The notes under the pieces are model-generated. The model did not search any database. It was given only the letters and a program-made list of their open reading frames with translations, and was not told where the DNA came from. Both the position numbers and the translations under genes were made by a program. From Camelus ferus (taxonomy: Eukaryota), in contig NC_045697.1 of NCBI RefSeq assembly GCF_009834535.1, positions 35,714,001 through 35,778,000 of the forward strand: a stretch of DNA of 64,000 nucleotides. Direction: 5' to 3'. Below, piece by piece: positions 38,168 through 50,225 of this stretch. Within the stretch, counting starts at the first letter, position 1; each line of letters opens with the position of its first letter.

Positions 38168-38895
38168 CAGGGGTGGATCTTGTGTTGTGGGCCTGATCCT
38201 TATTCAGTCTGGAAGGCTTTCTTTAAGAAACGAATACAAAATGAGATGTAAACACGCATATTTATTTAGAATGGGAAAAATTACAAATTCAAATTTTGAA
38301 AAGCTGACCAATATGACATTAGAAAAATCAATTAATTAACTAAATACCTGATATGCCTTTATATGACTTTTCCTTAACTTTTTTTTTGTCTGCATACTCT
38401 TTTATCACCTCTTCATGTATCAACACTTTTATAATATTATTTATAATATAACTTTTCAATAGAGGAATTGTCATAATTTAGTTATTCCTCCAACATGGTT
38501 AATCAAAATTTTTTAAAATTATAGGTGGCTTAGGATGCATAAAACCTGTGGTTTTCCTAAAGTGGAATGACTAGAAATAACTTTATTAAATCTGAAAATG
38601 ACCGAAAATCTAATAATTATTCCATTAAACTCAAACTAAATATATTCTTAACCCAGCTTCCCCTGAGCTGAGTTCTCAGAATGCTTTTAGTGACTCCATT
38701 TTCACCTAAGACAAGGGGAAACTGATAAAGGGAAAGCCAGGTAAGAAAGGAGTGGAGGTCTTAACTACTTGCTATTAAAATCTTCCTTTTGCTATGAGAA
38801 CATGCAGCCATATGAACACATCGCCAGGACTCATCCGAGTGCCTTGGAAGGGCCTGTGCCAGTAAGGGTCCCAGTGCCTAAGCTCAGAGAGCTTC
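38168..38895. mobile_element. Old hAT-Tip100-like DNA element (MamRep38/1894-like)
   Basis: CAGGGGTGGATC...TTGTGGGCCTGA...CTTTAAGAAACGAATACAAAAT start. Confidence 0.5.
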
Positions 38896-39985
38896 CTGTG
38901 AATTTACCTTTGCCCATTTGATATTCACAGTCTCTGTGTTAGTTAGAATCCCCTGGTTGTGAGCAACAGAAACAACTGGGTCAGGAAGAAGGCATTTATT
39001 GGCTGCATATTGGGTTCTCCCAGCACTGAAAGAAAAGCAAAAATTTCTCAGAAAGCAGTGCTGGGATCCAGGAAATAGAAAAAGCCTTTCATACTTTCCC
39101 TGTGGGGGAAAAAAAAAAAAAGAAATGTAAATGTTTTTCAGCCTTTGTGTCATTAGCTCAAAAATGTAATTCCAGGGACAAAGTGAATGATTGGACTAGC
39201 ACGGCTTCCAATCCTGCCCTCAGCCAGGGAAGAGCTGTACAGCTCAATGGACACTTCCACCAAGACTGGGTCCAATGGGAGAAGCCTAGTTACCCAATGT
39301 TGAACTGGGTGCTGCTATCAGAACAAGGGGGACTGGAGCGCAGGGGAGGACCTCCACGTCTCCCTTCCAGGGCTCCCATCAGGCTTCATTCAGCAGTTAT
39401 CACTTTATGTTACAAACAATTGAGTGTATGAGTGTATTTCCAACCGATTTAGCATCATACATCTTCAATACCCACTTACAAATTTCCACACCACTTAGTA
39501 TGTGTGTAAAACATATTTATTAAGTAAAAAATATTGTGGTGAAGTAGTGGAAAGGTACTATTCCTCCAAAGTTACTTATGAAGCATTGTTGGTCTAGAGA
39601 AGGTTAACTAACTTTCCCAGGGCCACATGATCAGAGCACAAGTCCGAGAAAGGACCAGATAAAAACCCGGTATACCGAAGGGGTTTGCTGTATTCTCTTC
39701 CCATTGGGTTTGAACTTGGGCCCATTAGTAAATGTCTGGAAACTGAGGAGCCTCTCTTGAAGGAAAAATCTCGGGTTCTGGAAATTTCTGTACCTATCCA
39801 CCCTCACTTCTGCCTCCACTGCATCCCTTGAGGATGTTCCAGCCAGCGAGAGTACTGCTCCCCGCCCTGCCATGCCTGGTGGGGCCATGGACCCTGGAGC
39901 CAGCCCCTCGTTGGGGGAAAGTTAAGCTCACACTCTCCTCTGCTACAAAAACCTGTCATCCAAAACGCCTAATCGCATCTGAATG

Positions 39986-40002
39986 TGTGCCATCTGGCGG
40001 CA
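39986..40002 (-). promoter_or_regulatory. Candidate CTCF site
   Basis: Minus strand GCCGCCAGATGGCACA fits the CTCF core CCRCYAGRKGGCR. Confidence 0.55.
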
Positions 40003-40229
40003 TTTCTCCCCCCATGTGGCTCTCAGCAAGGCGTCTTGTAATAGAAGGTCTAAGGCATAATGACATTGGCTTTCTGCAGCTAGAGGTTGCCTAAGCTCCT
40101 TGAAGCATAGAGCTGCTGGCAGGGAGATTCCTGGGCTACAAACATTGCCAGGAGTCCCCCCTGCTGAGCCCAAGCGAATGCTTTTTCCAGGTGCTGCGTG
40201 GAAAAATCTGAGTCGTGACTATTGTTCAG

Positions 40230-40408
40230 TCAGCAGCTCTCAAACTACAGCCTGGGTCTGAATCACTAGGAGGGCTTGTGAAAATGCAGATCACCGGCCC
40301 CCACCAATTCAGCCTATCTGGGTGTCCCTCGCCTTTGCTTTTCTAACAAGCTCCCTGGCGTTCGCTGATACTGCTGATCTGAGGACCACACGTTGACAAC
40401 TACCGGTT
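40230..40408. mobile_element. MER5A
   Basis: CTCTCAAACT...GAATCACTAGGAGGGCTTGTGAAAATGCAGAT...TTTCTAACAAGCTCCC...GACCACAC. Confidence 0.8.
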
Positions 40409-40584
40409 TAGATGCTTCAGGAGATTTCCCCTCCCCCAGGGTTACTGCAAGGGATTTCACACCCTCTATCTGGCTCAGCTATCCAGGAGAAGATTGCAAG
40501 GGTATCAGCGGATCAGCAGATATCAAGTCATCCAACAACCGTTCTCTGGCTTTAAGGCACAGGGTGGAAGCATATGTACAGCCT

Positions 40585-40797
40585 GGGGATTCTCCATCTC
40601 AGCACTATTGACATTTTGGATCTGGTCGTTGTGAGGGGCTGCCCTGGGCATTGTTGGATGTTGAGACCCTGGCTTCTGCCCTCTGGGTACAGGAGCATCT
40701 CTACTCCCTTTCCAACAACGAAGTTTATCAAAACTGTCTCCAGATGTTGCCAAACATCCCTTGGAGGGCAAAATCAACTCCAGTTGAGAATCACTGA
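40585..40797. mobile_element. MER20 hAT-Charlie MITE
   Basis: GCACTATTGACATTTTGG...TGTCTCCAGATGTTGCCAAA...AGTTGAGAATCACTG. Confidence 0.9.
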
Positions 40798-40929
40798 TAT
40801 ATACTACAACACGCTTGCATGGGGTGGAGGAGGGTATTAAAGATTTCTCCAACTGGGCTCCTTGCAGCCCCCTAAAACAAACTGTGAAGCTGACATAAAT
40901 CGTAACAATGCCTTTCCTTTGGAACACAC

Positions 40930-41130
40930 ATTCTAGGGCTGTTTCACATATTTGAGTCCTTTGATCCTGACTTGTGTGTTTGGGAGAGCAAATTTTACCT
41001 CTGTCTCCATTTTAAAGATGGGGAGACTGAGTCTCAGAGAGGTCCAGGATTTGCCCAGATTTACACAGGCAGTACATCCCAGCAGAGGACTGGAATACAC
41101 ATCCTCTAATTCCTAGGTCAGTGAATTGTC
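40930..41130 (-). mobile_element. MIR
   Basis: CCATTTTAAAGATGGGAGACTGAGTCTCAGAGAGG...TTGCCCAG. Confidence 0.75.
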
Positions 41131-42037
41131 CATCCCATGATGCAAACCTCATTCAGCCTACGAACATTCCATAAACAGTAGCAGATAGTGGCATTTTTAA
41201 ATGATTTTTGGTGGTTGAGAGATCAGGAAGGACACAAAAACATTTGTTGGTATAGATGATGGGCTTGTGGGCTTTGAAAATCACAGCTGGGGCTAATGGA
41301 ATCTATGTATCCTGAGGACAAATTGCTATCTATGGAAGCTTCTTGGAGTATGGGATCAGGCAAGCCTGTGGTTCCCTAGGAAATGTGCCTGGTCAAGCTG
41401 ATAAGGGTCTTCTGATGGCTGGTCTGGGCCTGTATCCACAAGTAAAGCAGGGACACTCTGCCTCAATTTCTCCAAATTACCTCTACCCCTTCCTATATGT
41501 CAAATCATCTTTTCAGTGGATACCATCAAGGCCAAGTAACATGTATGAAACAAATTCTCAGTCTCTCTCTCTCTTCCTTTCTTTCTCTTTCAGTTTATTA
41601 GAGAGGATTTGAAGCCGAATCCTAAATTAAAATGTTGCTCTAGACAGAGAGCACAGGAAGTATTAGAAGTTGAGAATTCAAGTGTCTCCATGTGTAGACA
41701 CTACACTGCCGCTGCCCACCGTAACTACCAATTCGCACTACAGTTTGCCACTCTGGTTACTTGGGATGAGCACTTAGGTAAAGACCAAGCCATGGGGGCT
41801 CCATGGATTACAGGAAATATTTTCACTGTTAACTTCAGATTCACCCTTCCTAACTTCTCTGTTTACAATCCTGGAGAGAAAGCATTAACTACTTGAGTTT
41901 GAGCACATAACTTGCAAAGAAATTTCAATTAAGAATAAATCCAGGATATTAAGAAGGTAGCCTAGAAAGATACAAGTATGGAAATCAACCAGAGCCTCTG
42001 TGTTTTTATGCTAATTTGAAAGGGTTGCTATTAAGGG

Positions 42038-42142
42038 GGTGGTGTGTGTATGTATGTGTATATGTGCATATTTATATGTAATGTATGTGTATGGTGTGTG
42101 TTATGTGTCAATGTGTGTGGTGAGAATGTGTGTGTGTGAGTG
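42038..42142. repeat. Degenerate (TG)/(TA) low-complexity tract
   Basis: gtgtgtgtatgtatgtgtatatgtg...gtgtgtgtgtgagtg. Confidence 0.8.
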
Positions 42143-43094
42143 TTTTGAAGGATTATGATGGGGTGGAGTAAGACTTACTGGTTAGAAGACTATGAATGAA
42201 ACACAATTTGTCCACAGTTTTTAAAGCCGGTTGCTATTTATATTTCCTGCCTCCTTGGCTCAAGAAAAGCTTTCAATATGAAGCTAAAATGGTTGAGTGT
42301 TGCTGAGTGAGCCAATAGGGCCATCCCAGAGAAGTAATGGACTTCACCCCTAGTGAGATCAAAATAGAACTCTCAGCTGGAAAGGATCCCCCATCAGCCC
42401 CAGACAAACCCAGTAATGAAAGAGCTTGGATTCTCCCCCCGAGGTGAGATTGTCTCAATGTTCCAGCATGCTGTTGGAGGCTCTGGTGATGCCAGGCAGA
42501 TGGAGTTACAAAAATAATCACCCAGCCAGAACACTCACTGCCATGTGGCAATGAATTCATGTCATGACTGCACTTGCCAGAGTGATTTTATTCCCCAATC
42601 AAGATGAAGTGACTCTAATGGCTTCCACTTGGCTCCATATGGCCCCTCAATGTTCATTATTCCCTGCCATGGGCTTTTCTTTGGTTGTATTTTTTTCCTG
42701 TGAAATTTATTAAGAGGAAGAAAGGGACAAAGGATGAAATCCCAAATCCTTACTTACCCGAGTCTGGTAGAAGGAAGGAAAATTTTATGGAAAGTATATA
42801 GAAAGAAAAGATCAAATGAAATGAATACTTTTTCAGACTTTGCATCTTCAGTAAAATAAGAGTTTCCTGAACTAATATTTTATAATGTTATTTTGTTCCA
42901 GGTATGTTGTGCATTTCTGTTAATCCATTTGAAAAAGGTTGTGCCACTATGTCTAGAGAACTGAAGTAATTAACAATATCAATTTCACCAGAAATATTCA
43001 GATTATTGAGGTGTGAGGTTAAGGGCATGGATGTTGAGTTACCAGTTTCATCCTTTCTAGCTGTGGCATCTAGCCCCTGTTCCCTAAACTAGTA

Positions 43095-43703
43095 TTCATT
43101 CATTCATTCATTCATTTATTCATTCATTTGTTCATTTACTACACATTTATTGTTCTCCTGCTATGTGCTGGGAACTGTTCTAAGTACTGAGGATGTAGTG
43201 GTAAATAAGAAAGAAAGGGTTTCTCATGGAGTTGACATTTCTGATGGGGTGTACAGACAATTAAAATATAGACAAATCCATGAATGAAAAATAATACCAG
43301 CTCTTGAATGATACTTACTAATAACTCTTTCTTGTCATTCAGACCACAGCTGAAATGTTACCTCCTTAGAGAAACTTTGACTCCTCATGTAATCCTTCTT
43401 TTTGTATTTGTTCTAAATACATTTGATCTAAATAAAAAGGAAAGAATTGAATGACAAGAAAGAGTTATTCATGGGGAAAGAGCATTTGAAATCGAGGGAA
43501 TAGAAAATACAAAGTCATTTAGATGGAAAAGAGCTTGGTGTGTTTGAGAATGTATGAGAAATTCAGCCTGGCCAGGCCCAGTGAGCTCAGTGAGGTGGGA
43601 GGAGAGTGGTACAAGGGTTTGATCAGCTGGATAGTAGATAAAAGGGAATTTTAAAGCCCTTGGTAAAGAATTAGAGACTTTATCCTGAATGTGATGGAAA
43701 GTA
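43095..43703 (-). mobile_element. L2 (left part; resumes 45337-45810)
   Basis: (TTCA)n terminus plus CTATGTGCTGGGAACTGTTCTAAG; GACTTTATCCTGAATGTGATGGAAAG joins AAGCC..TTTTAAGCAAGAGAGTGACATGATC after the insert. Confidence 0.8.
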
Positions 43704-45336
43704 TATAAGTTATCTACTGCTGTGTAACAAATCATGGATTGCTGCGATAGAACTGATGTTTGCCTCCAAGCTATTTCTTAATGTTATTCTTTGCCATTAG
43801 AAGGAGCTGAGAATTTTCAAAACCTGCAAGTCCAGGCTCCTTTTGTTTAACAATCTTTCCTTGATTGTATCTTTTTTCTCTTGCATTTAAATATAAGCAG
43901 GAAGAAGAACAGGAGGCTCCTTTAATGCTCTGCCTGGAAATTTCCTTACCTGGGTCAGCCAGTTCACTGGGCACATTTTCTGTTTCCCACAATCCCACAG
44001 TTTAGTGTTGCTAAACTTTCTACCATTGTGTACTCCTTTCCTCCAATTTCTAGTGTCCCTTTCTTCCTTCCCTTTAAGTTCTCTCTGGTAGCATCCTCTA
44101 GGGTCAGTGGCCTTCTGCTAATCCTTCCTCAAAACTCCTTAGATTTTTCACTAGCACACTTTCCTGAAAGTTCTTTCAGCTTCTACTCCTGTTGTCAAAC
44201 CCAAGTTCATGGGCCCGAAGCACAGTGAGCCCAAACAAACAGAAACATCAGACTTTGGAGCAGAGAAAGGTTTATTGCAAGGGCCAAGCAAACAAGAAGG
44301 GTGGCTCGTGCTCAAAAGACCTAAAGGGAAGAAGTTGTTATAGGCAGAATTTGTGGGGAAGGCTCCTCTGATTGGTTGGTAATGAGGTAACAAGGTAGTG
44401 TTCCAGGAATCTCAATCATCAGCCTTCTGGTTCCAACCAATCTGAGGTCCACATGCTTGTGCTCAGCCTGAAGTTACCATAATCCACCTGGGTGGGGGGC
44501 TAAGAGATGTGTATCAAATTGTTATCCATGTTCCCTAAGGAGTTACTGAGGCCCTGCCCCATCACTGCACTATTATTTCTTTCGGCATTCCCTCACTCTC
44601 CTAATTAGTAACTGAATCTGCCCTTTGGAACTTTAGGGAAGGTCTACTAGGCTGAAAGCCTTTTTTCCTACAAACAAGAAATGGGGCACATGGAAAGGCT
44701 TTTATGCCCAGAAGGGCCCCACTGGGTCCTGATTTGTCGGATCAATCCCGAATTCCTGTTTTTCTTATGGTAGCACCTGACTTCCATGTACCAAAATCTA
44801 CAGTGGTTATCAATTGTCATGGAATAAATTTCCCCAAAACCTAGTGGTATAAAGAAATAGATAGTTTTTATTTCACATAGTTTCTGAGAGTCAGGACTCT
44901 GGGAGCAACCTAGTTGGGTATTTCCACTCACAGTCTCTCATGAGATTATAATCAAGGTACTGGCAAGGGCTGCAGTCACTGAAGACTTGATTAGGGCTGG
45001 AATGTCCACTTCCAATATGGCACATTCATATAACTGGCGAGTTGGTGTTGGTTGTCAGCAAGAAACCTCAGTACCTTGTCATGCAGCCAACTCCATGGGC
45101 TGCTTGAACGTCCTTATGAAGTGGCAGCTGGTTTCCCCCAAAGCAAGTGATACAAGAAGAGGTAAGATGAAATCTGCAGCGTGTATGTCCTGGCCCTGGA
45201 ATTTTCAAAGCATCAGTTCCACAACATCCTAGTGGTTTCACAGGTCAGCCCTGTTCAGTGTGGGAAGAGAATCTACAAGGGCATGAATACAAGAAAGCAG
45301 ATATCATTGAGGCCATCTTTAAGGTTGACTACCACA
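43704..45336 (-). mobile_element. MLT1 MaLR element (LTR stub + internal + full LTR about 44799-45336)
   Basis: TTATCTACTGCTGTGTAACAAA stub; MLT-int motif AGCTGAGAATTTTCAAAACCTGCAAG; full MLT1F/G-like LTR ending GACTACCACA; TSD about AAGTA/AAGCC. Confidence 0.8.
44190..44744 (-). mobile_element. ERV1-type solo LTR nested in the MLT1 internal region
   Basis: TGTTG...ATCA termini, TSD CTCC/ATCC, reversed AATAAA (TTTATT 44271); related to the LTR at 10048. Confidence 0.85.
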
Positions 45337-45954
45337 AAGCCCTAAGATTTTTAAGCAAGAGAGTGACATGATCTGATTTATGTATTTAAAAGTTAGCCTG
45401 CTGCTGTAGACAGACTGAGTTTTAGAGAGGCAAGAGTAGAAGACAGGAGATAGACCAGAGCCCAGCTGAATAGTAGCCCAGATGAGAGATGCTGGGGGCT
45501 TGGATTTAGGGTGGTAGCAGAAGGTAGGTATCTTAGGTAAAGGGATTCATAATATATTTTAGAATTCTGTAATCAAGACTTGCTGAGGGATGTGGGAGGA
45601 AAGATTGTAACTGAGGCGGCAGCTGAGTTTATGGTTTGCCCGGTCGGGTAGATGGTGATTCCAATGACTAGGAAGGAGAAAAGTAGAGAAGAAGCAGGTT
45701 TGAAGAAAATCAAGAGTTCATTTCAGGATATGCACAATCCGAGATGCCTATTGCAAATCCAAGTACAAAGTTGCAGACAAGAATCAGGAGTGCAGGGGAA
45801 ATGTTAGAGGCACAAAAGGGTTTAGGGAAGATGTAAAGAAATAAAAAAATACAGCACCAGGTATATGTTCAATAAATACAGAAGATACTATAGTTAAAAC
45901 CCTCCCTCACTGATCTTCAAAGTGCTGCTATATGTGGGGTCCCAGATTCCTGTT

Positions 45955-48895
45955 TCTTTCTTTTTTTCAACAACAGCCTATGATTAAGATATGATTTACT
46001 TACCAAAAAATTCACCCTTTTAATATGTGCAATATAGTGACTAAGTATTCTCAGAATTATGCAACCATCACCACAATCTAGTTTTAGAATGTTTTTGTAA
46101 CTCCTCCCCCTGCCAAAAAACCCTGTACCCAATAGCAGTCATTTTCCATTCCTGCTCCCACCCCACCCTCCACCCTGATCCTGGCACTCTCTCATCTACT
46201 TTCTGTCCATATGGATTTGCCCATTCTACTTCACAGAAATGAAGCCATGGAATATGTGGTCTGGCTTATTTCAGTTAGCAGAAGGTTTTCAAGGCTCACC
46301 GATGATTCAGCATGTGTCAGTCTTCATTCTTTTTCATGGCTGAATAATATTTGGATATACAAAATTTGGTTTATTCTTTCACAGGTTTCTGGACATTTAG
46401 GTGGTTTCCACTTTTTGGTTATTGTGAATAATGTTTCTCTGAACACATGTGTTTATGTTTTGTATGGACATATGTTTTTGTTTTTCTTGGGTATAGACTT
46501 AGGGGCAGAATTGCTGGGTCATAGATTAACTATATGTTTAACCTTTCAGAAACTTCCAAAGCAGCTGCATGATTTCATATTCCCACCAACAACAAATGAA
46601 GGCTGCAATTTCTCCACTTCCACTCCAACACTTGGTATCATCTGTCTTTTATTATTTCAGCCATCCTAGTAGAAGTGAAGTAGTACCTCATTGTAGTTTT
46701 GCTCTGCATTTCCTTAATAATACTATTAAACATTGTGTTGTGTGATTATTGGCAATTGGTACATCTGCTTTGAAGAAATGTCTACTCAAATAGTTTTCCT
46801 ATTTATTAATAGGGTTATTTCTTTTGTTATTGTTGAGCTGTAAGCATTCTTTACATATTTTAGACAGAAGTCTCTTTTCAGATATATGATTTGAAATATT
46901 TTCTCCCATTCTGTGGGTTGTCTTTTTACTTTCTTAATGGATATCCTTTGAAGCACAGAAGTTTTAATTTTGATGAAATCTGATTTATCTATTTTTATTT
47001 TGTTGCTTGGATTTTTTGGTGCTGTTACTAAGAAACCATTGCCTACCTTGAGGTCACAAAGATTTACTTCTATGTTTCCTTCTAAGAATTTCATAGTTTT
47101 AATTTTACACTGGAGTAAATTTTTTTAATATGGTTTGAGATAGGGGCCCAGCTTTATTCTTTTGCATGTGGCTATTCAGTGATTTTAGTACTATATTGTT
47201 TAAAAGACTACCCTTTCTCCAGATTGTTGATTTTGTACCTTTGTCAAAAATCAACTGACCGTGCATGTAAGAGTTTCTTTCCAGACTCTTGGTTCTATTC
47301 CACTGATCTGTATGTTTATCCTATGGCAGTACCACACAATCTTGACTATTGTAGTTTTGTAAATTAGTTTTGAAATGGGGAAGTGTGAAGAATATTGTTC
47401 TTTTTCAAGATTGTATTGACTATTTCTGGTTCTGTCCATTCCATATTAATTTTAGAATTAACTTGGCAACTTTGAAAAAAAGATAGCTGGGAATTTGATA
47501 AAGAGTGTGCTGGAAATCTGACATTAATTTGTGTAACAATGGCATCTTAATAACACTTGAGCATTCCAACCTATGAACATGGGATGTTTTCCAATTGTTT
47601 AGGTCTTCTTCAATTGTTTTCTGCAGTGTTTTATAGTTTCTGTCATGCAGGTCTCACACTTCTTTCTTTAAATTTATTGCAAGTTATTTTATTATTTTTG
47701 ATATAATTATAAATGGAATGGTTTGCTGAATTTTATTGCTGCACTTTTCATTGCTAGAGCATAGAAATAAAGTTGATTTTTGAATACTGATCTTATATCC
47801 TTCAGCCTCCTGACCTCATAAGAATTTTTTGGTGGATTCCCAAGTATTTTTTATATATAAGATCATGTCATCTGAGAATAAGGAGAGTTTTACTTCTTTC
47901 TTTTCAATCTGGATAACTTTGTTTCATTTTATTGCCTAATTGCCCTGGCTGGAACTTTCAATATTATGTTGAATGAGCGATGAAAAAAGACATCTTGTTC
48001 CTGACCTTAGGAGGAAATCTTTCAGTCTTTCACCATTAAGTTTGATGCTAGCTGTCAGTGTTTTGTAGATGCTTCATCAATTTAACATATTTCCCTTTTA
48101 TTCCTAGTTTGATGCTTATTTTTATCTTGAAAGAGGGCTGAGTTTTATCAAATGCTCTTCCCCCCCATCTATTAAGATGATCATGTGTTTCTGTCCTTTA
48201 TTCTGTTAATATGTTATATTATATTAACTGATTTTCAGATATCAAACCAAACCTGCATTTTTGGGTTAAATTCCACTTGATCATGTTGCATAATTCCTTT
48301 TTAATACATTACTAGATTAACTTCATTAGTATTTTATTGAGGATTATTACATCTATGTTCATAAGGGTGTTGGTCCATAATTTCCTTTTCTGTGATGTCT
48401 TTGTCTCTTTTTGGTAACAGGATTATACTGGCTTCATAGAATGAGCTGGGGACTATTTTCCTCCTTTTCTATTTTTTTGGAAGAACTTGAAAAGAATTGG
48501 CACGAATTCCTCTTTACATGGTTAGTAGAATTCAGGAGTAAGTCCTCTGGGCCTGGGCTTTTCTTTGTGGAAAGTTTTTAAGTGACTAAGTCAATCTGTT
48601 TACTTGTTCTAAGTTTATTTAAATTTTCTATTTCTTCTTGAGTCAGTTTTGCTGTTTTGTATTTTTTAGGAATTTCTCCATATCATCCAGATAAATTGAT
48701 TATTCATAATATTTCCTTATAATCCTTTTTATTTCTGGAAGGTCAATGCTAATAGCTTTCTCCTTCATTCCTGATTTTAGTAATTTGAATCTTTGTTCTT
48801 TGGTTCTTGTTAGCCTAGCTGCAGTTTTGTCAATTTTGTTAATATTTCCAAAGAATCAACATTTGGTTTTGTTGATTCTCTTTACTGTCTTCATA
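45955..48895 (-). mobile_element. L1MB-like LINE, about 2.9 kb, decayed ORF2
   Basis: ORF2 remnants (IDKSDFIKIK...KKVKRQPTEWEKIF; YKTTIVKIVWYCHR) and L1MB-type 3' UTR (GCAACCATCACCACAATCTA). Confidence 0.92.
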
Positions 48896-50089
48896 CTCTC
48901 ATCCATTGGGAAAGGCTCAGAGACTCCACATTTGCCCTCCAAATATACAACATCACATTGTGTACAGCACTATATAGTTAGCGATCAGTCCTTCACGGGA
49001 TTCTTCTTCCAGCTTGTGTGTGAAGTCAAATCCAAAGAATCTGATATAATGCTCTGCAGAGGTTAAAAACGATCAAGCAAGTCAGTAGGGAGAAATGGAC
49101 GCCCAGTTCCTATGTTGACTTTATTCCTTACATCTTGAATGTTCTCAGTTTGTAGCAGTGAAACTTCCCCCCGGGAAATCCTTGTTCACTTCAAGGCATG
49201 TACTCATTATTCCAGATAATAACTATAAAGTTTCCCCTAATAAAAATGAAATTCTAGCCAACATTTAAGATGAGCTCAACAGGAGACAAAAGTTTTCCTT
49301 AAGATTTCCAGGTGCATACTTTAACAATAGGAGCCAGTACAAAAATCTGCAGTGTTGGAAAATAACTGAAATTGTGATTATCCGTACAAAAATATTAACA
49401 CAGTCACTGATCTTTGCACACCAGGTGTTTCTAATTACCTCACCCATTTATAGACTCGGTCTCTCCTCATAATTCTCTTGCCTCTTTCCAACAAAGATTT
49501 TTATGTTATAAATATCTAGGCCAATATGTTATAATCCTAATGCTTTGGGTTTGCCATTCTCTCCTACTAATCACTGAACTGCTCATCGAAACTCTATTGA
49601 TAGGAGACTGGAAAGTTTATTGAGTGTTTACGGTATGTGTGTAGGGCATTGGATTAGGCACAATAGAAGGAAATCTCAAAGAAATCAAACACTTCAACAA
49701 TAAATTTAGTGTATGGGGGTAGACTGTGTACTGGAGGATGGACTGAACATGTACCTTTCTTAAATTACAAAAAGGGAAGATACGTAACATTAGAAGCATG
49801 ATAAAACTGTCAAAAGTATACTAAATATGCTGTGTTAGATCAGGACTGATTTTGTTTCTTTGGTGGTGTAAAAGTACAAATTGCTCTTGGAAAGAGAAAC
49901 AGAAAGCAAGGAAATTTGGTTGCACCTTGCTAAGACAACTAACAATGAAACTTCCATTGAGACCCATTCTTTAAATAGCCATCACTACAGCTGTCAATAA
50001 GCCTCTGCCCCCTAGTCTTTGTTTCCTCCTTCCCCAGTTCCCAAACCTCTGAGCCCCTCTTGCTTAGGACAGACCCTCCTGTAAATACA

Positions 50090-50225
50090 TACCCCTGGAA
50101 GAATACAGATTCTTGCTTCAAGTCAGTTAATGCAGCCTGGACACATGGATGCCAGATTCTGCAGTTTAAACAAGCTTTCATGTAACTGATGCTGGTGGTT
50201 CCAGACCATACATTGAGTTGCTTGG
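50090..50225. mobile_element. MER5A-like fragment
   Basis: ATTCTGCAGTTTAAACAAGC...CTGATGCTGGTGGTTCCAGACCATACATTGAG. Confidence 0.6.

Noticed and set aside
46211..47439. ORFs inside the 2.9-kb L1
   Set aside because: Fragmented L1 ORF2 or its antisense; not a host gene or an active element.
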